A DNA stretch of 64,000 nt from Zygnema circumcarinatum SAG 698-1b (lineage: Eukaryota; Plantae; Zygnematophyceae): NCBI GenBank assembly GCA_037447605.1, contig CM074807.1, positions 2,046,001-2,110,000 on the forward strand, written 5' to 3'. The notes under the pieces are model-generated. The model was not told the origin of the DNA, ran no database searches, and saw only the letters and a program-made list of their open reading frames with translations. The first letter of the stretch is position 1, and each line of letters begins with the position of its first letter. Of this stretch, positions 1 to 12,647 are shown in pieces. A program made the position numbers and the translations under genes.

Positions 1-183
1 GCCGTAATACTCAATACCACTTTGGCTGACGAAGGCATAGACCATCTTGGTCATGCAAGTCCCTTCGTTCATTTTACGGCCCTGGTGACATGCAGCCGCA
101 CATGCAGGCCATCCGCATGATATCTTGAGATGTAAATCCACAACATGGCCACAGTTAACCAATTTTTCAACTTGGGACCGCAG

Positions 184-3019
184 GGGCTGGAGACAGTGGC
201 TCAGGAGCTTGGCTTTTCGCTGGAGGTGGTTCACAAAAAAATCAACATTTCAGATTCCCGGGTGAATTCCACCAACATTCTCAGCTTAACGCTGTCGCTT
301 TGCTGACGAGTGATGCCTGGCCAGTGCGAGCATGCTACGCAAGTCCAAGTTGTTTTATGATTGTCCAAACATTGGAAGCATTGTGAATGGCACGCCTCCG
401 ATATGGAAGACAATCTCTTTTGGCACGGTTAGCTTGGGACCTTGTAATGAATTTGATGCATATTTGATGCTGTACTTTTAGGAAGTCTTTTATGGTGTTC
501 AATCAGGAAAGGACTTCAACGTATCTTGCCTTAGCAACACTCTGATTATGGTTATGTGGTTTGTACGATATTTCTCGGCAGTATCGGGTGAATGTCGTTT
601 AGCTGACTCTATCTGAGGGTGCGGCCGTGACAGGTGGCATGGGAGCATGAATGGTTCTCGCGCAGCAAGATCCCTGCGGCGACGCTCTCAGAGCTTGAAA
701 CAGCGCCTGACCTTTTCCGCCATACAGGAGGCCTTGCAGACCGGAGGTACAAGGGATAACTGAATTTGGACATGCATAGACAATGGATGTGATGCGGATG
801 ACAGGCCTCAGGATTAGCTAACTTAAAGGTCCTGTATACAAAGGTGCTTTGTATGGTTTCTTGATGGTGAAATGGGAGGAAAGCTGGAGGTTGGATATAA
901 ATTATGATTACCTTAAGATACTTGAGAGATGTGCCCCTTTTTCATCATAGAGATGCCGGGAGCAGTTTTGTGTTTCAGCATTAAGCCGCTAGAGTTGGGG
1001 CATCAAGATCTGCGTACATGTCTACACAGAATGAATTTTGCGAAAAGTGGGGCCTCTCATTTTCAAATGCGATGGAGGACATTTCTGCAGAGCTGGCTAT
1101 TGAACAGTGTGCTTTGGGGTTTTCTGTTGACAGGAGGAAAGCAGATGAGGCGGCAGTGTGTCAGTCAATAAAGCTTGTGGCAGAAACTCTTGGAGTGAGC
1201 CACTCTTCCGCGATCCCCTCTTTTGTCTTTCGTTTGATTCCTGATCACAGTTCCACCACTTTTACTGTCATGATCTCCCATCGATAGTATCAGTACCCAA
1301 GACCTCCCCATGGTTCCAACCTCTTGCCACTCCATTGGCTGATGCCACCCTCTCTACGAGCACGAGTATCATTTGGATAGGATGGGCCCAAGAAAATAAG
1401 TCGGTCTTTCCCGCAGAGCTTCTTCTCGGAAGTGTCATCAACTATTCGCTCATCGTGGGTGTCAAAAGAGACCCAATGTCTTCACTTGGCTGCTGGCTAT
1501 AACCGTAATACACTGAAGAGGGAGATTGACCTTGGCCACAGGTTTCTGACTAAGGTTGACCTTAATCGTAGGCTGACCATTTGGCTGCATGGGAGGGACA
1601 TGCTGGCAAACAGTGGCGTTATGCTGGCTGGCCAGATTACAATGCATTGCTGCATTCATGGGCTAAGTTGATATGTGGACCTTACTGGGAATTTCCATGT
1701 TCCTTTCTGCGTAATGCAGAGGCACATTTTTGGGTATCAGGACAGGAAAATAGAAATTTTCGCTGCCAATAGCAGCTTGGGAATAAGCCGGCTTTTTGTC
1801 CACCACTGGTTGCGGTTGCTTGGGCGCACTCCGCGGGTGGCACCGTATCTCCCCAAAACGGCTCCATTCATTGCTGCATTGCAGAAGGTGCTTAAGACCA
1901 CTCCTGTTATGCTGGACCCTTTGCACTTGCGACTCATGCAGAGTGGCCTATGCGTTGCTGTATGGAAAGAGCTGAGACAATGCCTTCTCGTCGATCTTGT
2001 TCATTACTACGGAAAAATGCCTTTCTGTTGAGGAGACATTTTCCGCATATGCTGCGCCATCTTGCAAGGCAGCTTGTTTAGTTTGTAGCCTATTTACAGT
2101 TCTTAACAAATGATGTGTTCGTGCCTTGCCCTAGATGTGACTTTTCTTTTTCTCTGTTGGCCTTTTACAGGAACTCTCAGGACGGTTGGCAGATGTAACT
2201 GTACGGACTATGGCATTGGATAGTGCATTTGTATTCTTTGATTCACCAGATGCCAAACTCAACATTTATCAGGTCAGTTTTCATCACCGCTACTGCTTCT
2301 CTAATGCATCATAGGAACATATTTTGTCTTGAGATTCAAGATGGACAGCTTAGTGGTAAGCTGACTACTCTTATGTTGAGAGGTACAGCTTTTGTCCTCT
2401 GTCTTTTTTGCTTGAAACGAAAAACACAATGCACTATCACGGCTGTTGCATGCGCAATCATGCCATGCATTCTCATGCAATGTCTCATTTCCGAACCATC
2501 TCCATCTATTCGTGTGTCTCTCCTGCAGGTTGCAAGCGTGACCTTTGACGTGCTGATTTTGCTAGCTGTTGGATCTTACCTTGGGGCACTATTTGTGATT
2601 CTCCACATCAGCACCAAGGTGAGTTTTCTCCTAGAAGATCTTATTGTTCAGGAGTGAGAACCTAGATCTCCTTTAATTTCTTGAGCCCTATGATTTGCTG
2701 CTGAAGAAACGCTTTGTAGTTACAAAGCGTTTTTCGTCGACCAACGGTGGTCCTTCGTTTACAAGACAGAAAAAATTATATCAGACCAAGTCAACGTAAC
2801 AACAGACGCCTAGATTCTCATTCTTTTTGTCACCAAGAATTGGATAGCTTCGAACCAGGCCCTGTGAAAAAACGGAGCAGCAAATGAGACTAGGCAGCGA
2901 ATGGCTGGTTCATGTACTCAGATGGCGTTACTGACACGTGCTTTTGAGTTCTGCAGGGGTTCGATGATCTGATGGGAGTTTTTCGCCGTCCTCCCACTCG
3001 GAAGATGAAGGCTGCTTAG
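184..3019 (+). CDS. NCLN: Nicalin (NOMO/TMEM147 translocon subunit), 3' part; the 5' exons lie upstream of the window
   Basis: GT-AG exons 184-261, 634-746, 1134-1194, 1720-1887, 2171-2272, 2529-2618 and 2957-3019 splice in phase. They give GLETVAQELGFSLEVVHKKINISDSR-VAWEHEWFSR...TPRVAPYL...AKLNIYQ-VASVTFDVLILLAVGSYL...KGFDDLMGVFRRPPTRKMKAA*, which matches the plant nicalin C-terminus including the single TM helix and RRPP tail. Confidence 0.92.
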
Positions 3020-3390
3020 GAGGAGCGTTAGAGAGCGTAGAGTGTATCATCATATTCCCTTGTATTGCTTTTTCATGCGGAGGGTGCTGAGCAGTGTTGT
3101 AGCAAGCAGCCGTAGAGCAGCGTAGGCTACATTCTAGTTGCCGGAGGCCTGATGGGCATCAGCCTTCTTTTTCAGTTGTACTGCACTCTATTCAAAAGTA
3201 AACAAGGCGAGTTCTGAACCTAAACTTCTGCGGCGTCGGGAAGCGCGAAGCGCGCTGGTGGGCGGTGGGATGATGCGGGACCTCTTTTGGTAAAGTTACA
3301 GCTTTGCTGACGCCCGGTCAGCCGCTCGGTGGAAGCCGGTTTTGAAAAAGGACTACAGCGAAACCCAACAGGTTGAGAAATTGAACGATT

Positions 3391-3411
3391 TCGCCATCGT
3401 GAGATCAATGC
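3391..3411 (+). repeat. Dispersed repeat family, copy A (21-bp core only)
   Basis: TCGCCATCGTGAGATCAATGC is identical to 34326-34346, 41762-41782 and the reverse complement of 50017-50037. Confidence 0.75.
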
Positions 3412-3604
3412 AGCGTCTTCCCCCGCGGTTTCTTACTTAATTTCGTAATGTTTAAACTAATTAATCAATTCAATTAATAAGATAGAACCTTCAAACAATT
3501 TAATGCCGGCAGCTGCCGGAGTACCTGCCGGTCAGTGCCGGCACAGAACGGCAAGAAGTGCCCCGTGCTGTTGCGGGCGCCACAGCCGGCCATATATTGA
3601 CACC

Positions 3605-3781
3605 CGATACGATCCGATACTATCCGATATGGAAGATATTTTATCGGTTCCAATACAGTACGATACATTTCAGCCGTCTGCGTGGCGGGATCGGTTCTGT
3701 TCAGTTCAATCCGGCTCGATTCGGATCGATACGATATAGTCCAATTCGGTATGTTATACAGGACGAGCCGATTCGATATCC
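3605..3781. repeat. Degenerate CGATA/TATCG pentamer array upstream of UTP6
   Basis: CCGATACGATCCGATACTATCCGATAT...TCGATTCGGATCGATACGATAT...ATTCGATATCC, ending 90 bp before the UTP6 ATG. Confidence 0.75.
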
Positions 3782-3870
3782 GGCTGCGCCTCCCACAGTC
3801 GCAGGGCGAGGGCTCCGCTCGCGGCCTGCAGCTGCGGCGGAGGGGCCAAGGGGCACGGCAGGGAGCGGCC

Positions 3871-6800
3871 ATGGCGGACACGGTGCGGTACCTGTTGGAG
3901 CAAATGGTGCCTGAGCTCGAGGATTATGAAAAAAGGGGTTTGTTCACAAGGCAAGAATTGAAGCAGGTGGTTAAGAAACGCACCAGTTTTGAGTATATAC
4001 TGAAACGGAGAGCCCCTGAGAAGGAGGATTATTTGCGCTATATTGAATATGAGCTGCAATTGGATAGTTTGCGGAAACTTCGAAAAGCTGCGATAGAGCG
4101 GGGCATGAAATCTGCGAACATTAAGTGGAAGTCGTCACTAAGTGATCGGGCTATCACAAGGAGGGTTCTGTTCATATACGAGCGAGCTTTGCGGAAATTC
4201 AAGGGCGATTTGAAGCTGTGGCTCAAATGTACGGAGTTCTGTCGAATGCGAGGCGCCACACGGCATATGCAGAAGGTGCGAGAGTTCGTACTACTCTTCT
4301 CACAAGGTTGTTGAGGGCAGCCAATGGGCCAATGGGCGTAATGGGTAATAACGGATTCGAAAGGCAGCCATTCCAGTTCGAGCGAGGGCTTAGCATCACA
4401 ATTCATCTTGGAGCTTCTCTGCAGGTGGTAACTCGCGCATTGCAGTTGCACCCCTGCACCCCCGGGCTCTGGATGTACGCAGCTGCCTGGGAATTTGAAC
4501 ACAACCTCAATGAGAAGGCTGCGCGTACGCTCATGCAGCAGGGACTGCGCATGTGCCCTGCTTCTGAAGCTTTATGGCTAGAGTACCTTCGCCTGGAATT
4601 GGCATGTACTCGTAAAATCAAGGCCAGACAATTGCTTCTTAGCTCAGGGGACTTGCCCATTGAGGGCTTGGAGGATGGGTCGTCAAAGCCGGAGCAAGCA
4701 GACAAGACAATAAGGAAGCTGGATGAACTCAGTGCCAAGATGGCGCTAACGATATTCCGCAATGCAGTTGCAGCACTGCCCCGGAGTATGAAGCTCCGGT
4801 TGCACTTTTTGCAGATATTGGAGGAAGTAGATTTTGCTGGAGCTAAGGAAGTGCGTGAGGAGGTCGTCAATAATTTAATGCAGAATTTCCCAGGAAGCGT
4901 AGAATGCTGCAAGCTGTTGGTAGAGAGGGCGCTCAAGGAACGAGGTGGCTCGAATGCTTGTGATGTGGACGAGGCAGAGCTACATGCAATTCAGGTAAGG
5001 TAACTTCTTCGCTTATGCTAGCTGCCGACTGGGATGGATCGTAGTTTTCAGGAGTCAGTGCTTGATGAGACAAAAGTCACCATAAAAGTGAAACATGAAC
5101 GATGTAATCTTTGCAACATATTCGGTTCAACAAGCTATGATCAACATTCCACTGGAATCACGACATGTCACACAAGGAAAGATGATGCTAAGAAGGATAA
5201 CAATGCTCTCCAACTGGCCAGCTCAAGCCAACAGCCTTTCTACTTTTGTGTTTCATATAACTTGCAAAGAACCTGAGAGGTCGGAAATATTGTATGACTG
5301 CAGATATATGAAAACAGCCTGGATATAAAACCATCACCAACACTGTTCGAGGCATTCATAGAATTCCTTGAGGATCGGATGATCTCCGATCATGACCGAG
5401 CTGATTGTCAATCACCTTCTGGCAAAAAGGCCTCCAAAACTGCCGAGAAACTTGCCGCAGTTTATGAAAAGGCGAGGATTGAAAGAATGTTGACGCAGCG
5501 CGCTGCAGAGAAACGAATAGCCTTTCTCATGCGGCAGGGCCTCGATGAGGAAACGCTGGAGGCTGCTTGCAGGCCGAGTGAATGCTGTCCTGAAGCAGCC
5601 GGGAGTTTGTGGGCACATAGGATGGCTTTGGAGCTGCAGGGGCAACACACGGGTGCCAAAAAAAATTCTGATGGTGGTGAACAGTCATTCGGTCTTTTTG
5701 GCAAAGCTGTGGAGACAGTGAAGCTGAGCGAGTCTCTCCCATTATGGAGACAGGTTGGCGTGCTTCCTACTCGTGCTGTCTATCATATGCAGTTATTGCA
5801 GTGCTAATCATACCCACATCTTTGGGATCCCTACATCACAAATTTCCGCTAACATTTCTGTCTTGAAAGCGGTGGCTGACATGCAACTCATGCAGGCGCC
5901 TTCCTGCTCTGAGGAATTGACGTGCAAGAGTTTTTTGTTCATTTTAGTTGGCATCAGGTTGAAAAATACCTCTCTTGTTTGAGGTCTTATGTTGCTACCA
6001 TGAAACGCTGGTCCAGTGGTTGTGTGTTTAGCCTGGTTTTCCAGCATATGATCAGTGTCGTATTGTGACGTCGTCAAGTACTACCTCCTTTTGTCTTGCT
6101 TGTTTAACTGAAAATCAGAATGATGCCTTGAATCCTACAATGTTTTGCTTTTGCAGCTGCTGACGACAATTCTTGTTTGTGGCAGTTCATGGAGTCAGCA
6201 ACCCTTCGAGGAGGTGTGGGAGAGATTGTAGATCTGGCAGGGACTCTTTTGACCCGCAATGGCGGGGGTGCGGGATCAGCAGAGCTAGAATGCACCATAG
6301 TGACATGGGTACTGCAGCTTAGAGGATCGGAAGAGGCTCGGGCCGTTTGTAACAGGTTTGTGCACCCCACTGCAACGTTGAAGAATGGGAGTAGGAGGTT
6401 GAAGCGGTTTGGGCATAAAAAGGGCTTGCAATTCGTGCTGCATTTGTTTGCCATGGCGACATTTGTGGAGCTTTGTCTTTTGACTTCATGAGAGAATTAG
6501 TCAGGCTATGGTTTTGCACAAATGCCATATAGGCTAGTAGCTGTGAATACGGCAGTTTCTCAAGGTAACAGATTACCTGAAACAATTACTGAGATCTGGA
6601 TGTCATCAATGGGGATGCCTTGCTGGGAAGCTTCATGTATGTTTTTAGGGTTTTTAGGGTTTTTAGAGTTGTGTTGCAACCCATACCTTTCTGCTGAAAT
6701 GTGTGCAGGCTTCTCGCACTTCCTAGCCCGACTGAAGACTTGGTGAGGTGCTATGGAAGAATGGAGGCGCAAGCAGCAGCGGCTGGGGATGCTGAAGCTA

Positions 6801-7216
6801 TGCCTCGACTGAGGAAGGCATTTGATGGGTGGCTCAGTCAACGTCAAGCGACAGATTCTGCTTTTTGGCTGGAGTACTGCCGGCTCGAGCTGCAGGTAGC
6901 GCTCTGGCTAGAGAAATGGCGACCCTTGCTAATTGCCTAGTGTTGTTTCAAAATTTATTTCTCTGAAGAGGTGTGTGAGCGGCATGTCAGGTCTTATTGC
7001 CATGCTCCTTTTTCCTTCTCTCGTTGTTCTCTCTGTTCTGGCATTGGCACTGTCAGCTGAAGTTGTTCACACTGCACGTGTTGCTGTTTGCAGTTTGGCA
7101 GCCCTCAAGCAGCAGCTGCTGTATATTGGCGGGCGAAGAAGTCCTTGAAAGATCCATCGGCGTTCATAGCAGACTATCAGGAACTTACAGCAGGACATGA
7201 AACGTTTGATCATTGA
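3871..7216 (+). CDS. UTP6: U3 snoRNA-associated protein 6 (HAT-repeat SSU processome factor)
   Basis: Exons 3871-4275, 4425-4994, 5304-5753, 6186-6355, 6709-6895, 7094-7216, all in phase. The N-terminus MADTVRYLLEQMVPELEDYEKRGLFTRQELKQVVKKRTSFEY and the HAT motifs (LWMYAAAWEFE, LWLEYLRLEL, VYWRAKKSL) are typical of UTP6. Confidence 0.95.
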
Positions 7217-7980
7217 AAACACGTCGTGCACCCATTTAGGAAGTCCTCTGTCGGGTATCTGCTTCTTGTAAGGTACTTCTTGTCTTTGTTCAATGCCGGC
7301 GCAGAGGAAACTCCCAACAAGTTGGAATTGTGATAGGTAATTTTGGACTGCTAGTCACACATCGAAATCGCAACTCATTGCCGCTGTAAATCGGAGAGTG
7401 ACACTTTTTCATTTGTCACCAACTGTTGCGGCCTCGGCAGTTAAAAGCTGGCAACATGAAGATGTCGAGGATGCAGTCCTTGAACGATGAAGCACACCTT
7501 AGAGTGGTGCTCAGCTGCTCATAGTTTTGACTCCAATGTTAGCTTCGGGGCAATTAGCAGACTTTGGCTCAACTTTTTTGCAAGGATAAGCCGTTACTGA
7601 ATTGGCGTGAAAGCAACTGGCTGCCTCTCTCTGAAACAGGAAAGGGGGAAAAAAGGTATTCGTTTTATTTGCTATTTGTCTGTCCACAAGATATCTACAT
7701 GGGACAACAATGCCAACTTAACTGCAGCCCAGCTAGGTCCATGGCTTAGCTAAAATCAAATAAGGCTGATCACTTCGTTCCAATCATGCCAAGAAATGTG
7801 CAGCTGACGCTTCCTTCAGAGGCTCACTTCCCTCGAACGCGAGGGCTCCACTGGAGACAGATGCGATGCCAATATGAAAACAAAACTCTGAGCAGCACCC
7901 GTGACAGGGCCACTGTTAGACCTGATGCAGCGAATTCTGTCTGGCCCAGCTGTGGAAGGCTGAAGGCCAGCCTGGCCCTT

Positions 7981-10900
7981 TTATAGCTTCCTCAAAATAA
8001 CACACCAATTCGACCTGTCATAAAACGAATCCTCAATGACTGCGCCATTTATAGATGCTGCCAACCTGCAACCAAGGAGAGTGCACACCTTCGGAAGGAT
8101 CAAGCTGTGCAATAGCGAACGGAGGAATTCCGTACCCCGCAATCGGACAGCAAAATTATCTACACTTTGACTCTTCAAGCAAGCAGTTGTTAATGGACCT
8201 GTAGCGCCAAGTAGCTTATATCTGTCTCCCTCCCTCCTGAAAGGAAGGGTCCTACATCAAGACTTAAAGGTTACGAAAGCTCGCAGCGAATGTACATCTG
8301 CAGACTATATCTTCAACCAAAAGGTTTATTCGCTCAGGCTCAGTAAACTTCTCACCTCTCCAACTCGCCTTGTTGAAACACATGGTAGTATCGATTATAC
8401 ACAACAGCCCCTTTCTTGTCATCTTTGCGAGCAAAACCTGTCGAAAGAGCTTGAGCGGAAGCTCCTGAAATCTCTGCTCTGTGATAGGGCAAATGCCAGG
8501 GAACAAAGTATTCCTGCTCCACTGCATCATGGCCTGTCAGACTTTCCCTGTTTGTTTCCTTAACCTCCATTCTGTCTTCAAATCTCTGGCACCCATCAGA
8601 TGTGCTGCATTCCAAGTCAACTTCAGGGCCAGATGTCAAGCTAATAATAGCTGACATTTCCCCTCCCAAATTCTGATTGCTTTCAGGAATATTCTCAAGT
8701 TTCGTTGATTGGTCCCTACTCCTCTGCCCTCCTTCAGGCATGTCGACCCACCTCTCAGTATGTTTGCCACTCAAAGGTGTCCACTTGGCAACTAACGACT
8801 CATCCTCCTGTTCTCGGGCCCACACCGTGATGAGAACTCTTCCCCCACTTCTCACTATCCGAAGAAGCTCCACGATAGCCAGTCTGCGCCGCTGAATTGT
8901 GCTGAGATGGTGCAACACTGCAATGGAGATCGCTGCATCAAATGTATTCCATCGATATGGTAAAACGAGCCCATCCGCAACAAGAACCTGAAAGTTATTC
9001 TTTGCGCATATACCTACTAAGGATGGACTGATGTCACAGCCAATAAAGTAACAGCTTGGATTAAATCCGAGATACTTGCCATTGCCACACCCGACATCAG
9101 CCACAAGGCTTCCTGGTGACAACGAGCTCAAAAAGGCTGCCACCTTTGGCCACTTGGCAAAGCGAGTGGAGCTAAAGTGGGGAGCAATTGCATCATACAC
9201 CTGATGGACAAAGGTTCGCTCAATAGCAGGAGTGCCCTTGGAAGCTTCCTTCTCAGTGCCTGAAAACTTGTCGCCACAAGATACTAGCACGCTGTCTGGG
9301 GTGCTCAATTGGAATTCTTCACTTGGCTCCTGAAATTCTTCAGAAACATCCTGAGGGGTTCGGTGACATCTGCTATCTCCCGAAAAGGCATCAGTTTCAT
9401 CCTCAGCTCCATTTGTAAGATTGGCTACTCCTCTGCATCCGGCCTTGTCTAGTTCACCTTCAGAGTCCATCGTCCACGACTCATTGTTGTGAACAGCAGA
9501 CTTTAGCACCTCTTCTGTGCCCTCAACAGGAGAGTTCCGGAAACCCTGATGCTCTTGATCAATTTCTAACTTTTCATTATCAGCAATCCCCTGTAAATCC
9601 TCGACTATGGCTGGTGAGGCCACCTGCCGCCCATCACACTCCCACGGATACTCACAACGGCAGGGCCCCCGCCGGACCTGCTCCAAAAGTAAAACCTTTA
9701 AAAGGCGTCAAAAAAAAAAATTTGGGCTAATTGCTACCTCAAATCTCCAATTCCTACTCAGTTGTGCAAACATAGGCCTATTTCCCCGTAAAGGTACAAG
9801 AATAATTTCTCAAGGGTGGTCCACAGCTGCGCTCCAATAAGGCAACGGACACCTTCACAAGAAGTTTAACGCGGACTACAATCAGATTCATTGATGGTTA
9901 ACGAATCCATTAGTTGATCACAGGGTGCAGGAAAAAAGGCACACCTTCCTGAAAGTGAAAGAGACTCTGCGACTCTTCCGCTGCACTATAATTCCGTTCA
10001 CAATGTCAACCTGCTCCGCACACGCTGGCACCGTGCAAGCAAGCCACCGTCAGCAGCCACAGCCCTGCGGTCAGTCAGCATTCTTCACATGTTTCCAAGG
10101 TCTGCAAGGCAGAAAACACTAACAAGACAAAAACGAGTGAGCTGTACGAGGTTGAAAGCGAAACAAAAGTGGCACGCACGAAGGAAAATCTGATGTTATA
10201 CAGCTCTCTGCACTGCTGCCAGGTTGAATCTCTGTTCGAACCTCTCCTTGTTTCCAATGTAGGGTCCTAGACGTCTATTTCGGTTTCAAGAGGCCTTGTA
10301 AAGAGTCAAGTTGCTCTGCTAGAAATGTGAGACTAAATGTCAACTTGGAAGTAAAAGACTCTGCTCCACACTGAGGCAATCCTTATATGTCGAAAAGCCA
10401 ACAAGAAATATGACCCACTGCCACCACATAAAGGAACAGTGCACGGGCAGGCACACCTTGTGGTGCGGTATGTAGTGACTCCACGCGTACCGCGCCTCCC
10501 CACGCAGAACAAGTAGTGATCTTTCAGGCAAAAAGAGTGACTTCTTTTTAAATTCTCCTTGTGAGTCCAATCTGCTCTCATTTTCCTCCACCCTGCCCTT
10601 TTCGCTACTGTTGTGCAAAGTTTCGGATCCCTGCCATGTATCTTTGCGTTGGTCTCCTCCTGTTGGTTCTCTGGGCCGCCGAAATTGCATTATACAAGGT
10701 CCGGCGAGAGAGAGAGATATAACAGCACCCTCAAAAGCGGTATGAGTGTCCACATGCGGTGCAAGGCCTACACCTCGGAGGTATTCATTCACCTACACCA
10801 ATCACCCAGTAGCAGATCATGAGGCCAGGTTTTAAAGATTGAAGCAGAAAGGAAACAAGATCTGCAAACAGCGAAAGACCAGCTCAGAATGTGCAAGCCA

Positions 10901-12284
10901 ATGGCAACGCACCGTGAGCTGATCAAGCGGCAGGCATGGCTCATTATTGTTCAACAATTCGGGGAGAGCCTCCATCCGCTGCACCACTGATGTCACAAAT
11001 GAAGGCAATTCACCCAACCGCTGATCACGGTTCACATCTCGAATCTGGCCAGTGGACTCCACAAGTTAGAGATAACAGCCAGTGACTTTCCAGCAGCATT
11101 GTGCTGAGACGAGTCAAGCCGTTGAAAACAATTCAGGTCCTCACAGAGCGATGCGAGAGAGTTTAGAAAACAAAGAGTACGCTTGAGAACCGGCACCGCA
11201 GCTTCACCTTGTATTGAAACTCAAAGCCGTAGTGCTGTACACGCCGCTTGCTGAGTGTGTGCCAGGGCTGCTCGTCCACTGCAGCCAATAGCTCCTGCAA
11301 GATATAGTTGCAAGCAGTCAGGCAGCAGTCAACTCTAAAGCCGTCAAAAAGCAATTGATCAGGCTACAAGGTGCTGCTAGCAGGCCTAACCCGGTTATAC
11401 ACTTGAAGATTAACCCACTTGGCCCGGGCAAGTTGCTGAAACCAACCTCAAAAAAACCTAGGCAACACTTTGGGACATGCACATGCTTTGACCTAGAGAA
11501 GACGACGAGTCCGCATTCCAGAAGGACAGCCTTGCTCAAGGTCGGCTAAGCAACGCATGTGTACCCAATTCGCTTACCCGCGAGTTCGACAGCCACAGAG
11601 TGTTGCATGGAAAGAGCATTCTCACCTTTTCTTCCTCCGCTGTCACAAAATCCAAGTGAATAGACATTCCTGGAATACCCATCTCCTCAGTTGATAATGC
11701 CACCGGGAAATGATCCACCTGCATGTGCTCTACAGATGCTTAATGTGCGAAGGTTTTAGGTTACGCAAGCTCAAAGGCCTTTCCTCCAGCCTCGTTACTA
11801 GACCGCCAGGACAACGAGAAGCCATGGGAACGTTAAAGACAAACGCAACATAGCCAAAACTTCAATAACTTAAACTTAATCTTCATAGAAACCACGTAAC
11901 CCAAGCCATGAGCCGGATGCATGGCATCGCCACAGTCATGCTCACCTGTTGACGGGGTCGCAGTTCTGCATACTCCAAACGCATCACTCGCCCCCCAGCC
12001 TTCACGCACGGCTGCAAGTTGAGGGCTTCCCGAGCCCTGGCCGCTCCTTGCGATTCAGAAAAAATCACCACCACGCGCGTACCATTATCTCCTACAGGTA
12101 CGACGTGCTCTACCTCGCCAAACGCTTTGAACACCTCTTCTATAAGCGCCATGGACATGCCTGCTTCGGGGCCACAATTCATGGCGTAGACATATCGCGT
12201 GGGAGCGGCGGGGTCCCGAGGCTTTGAAAAGGACAGCGACAGCCCCTCTTCCTCTCCTCCACAGGGCCCGCCCTTCCCCGCCAT
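7981..12284 (-). CDS. ALKBH8: ALKBH8-type tRNA wobble-uridine modifier: RRM + AlkB 2OG-Fe(II) dioxygenase + Cys cluster + Trm9 methyltransferase
   Basis: Exons (minus strand) 12284-11946, 11718-11626, 11294-11208, 11044-10913, 10792-10457, 10010-9945, 9677-8356, 8065-7981, in phase. Motifs: RRVQHYGFEFQY, DQLTVNEY..GVGLAPHVDTH, YAWSHYI, RRVSFTFRKVR, PCRCEYPWECD, VHQVYDAIAPHFSSTR, VADVGCGNGKY, YNRYYHVF, FYDRSNWCVIL. Confidence 0.95.
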
Positions 12285-12647
12285 GGCGGCAGCACAGCTT
12301 GCGGCTGCCAGCGGCTTCCACGCCTCCCTCCGCTTTGCCCCCCCAACAGGCAGGCTCTGTGCCGGGCCGTATCGACCATATCGTTCTGCATCGTATTGTA
12401 TCGAGTAGTATAAATATCGCATCTTATTATATCTATATATATCGTATCTCATATGTATCGTATTGTATCATATCGTATCGTATACATGTATCATATCATA
12501 CGGTATCATACGGTATCGTAGTGTATTGTATCGAAATGTATCGTTTCGTATCGCAGCGCAATGACATTCGATATCCCTCGCACCGAATTGGAGCACTGCG
12601 CTAGTTTTAAATGAAGTGGGCGAGGGGAAGGGCGGGGGAAAGGCGCG
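12285..12647. promoter_or_regulatory. Putative bidirectional promoter ALKBH8 / XEG113-like
   Basis: Divergent start codons only 363 bp apart. Confidence 0.7.
12369..12576. repeat. Degenerate TATCG/CGATA pentamer array in the ALKBH8/XEG113 bidirectional promoter
   Basis: GTATCGACCATATCG...GTATCGTATTGTATCATATCGTATCGTAT...GTATCGTTTCGTATCG...ATTCGATATCC, an AT-rich island between two GC-rich 5' regions. Confidence 0.85.

Noticed and set aside
929-2031. ORFs at 929-2031 that first looked like a decayed transposon or viral gene
   Set aside because: The coding-looking parts are nicalin exons read through into introns.
6157-6230. Apparent frameshift in UTP6 if the acceptor at 6156 is used
   Set aside because: The acceptor at 6185 gives an in-frame exon that aligns with plant UTP6, so no frameshift is needed.
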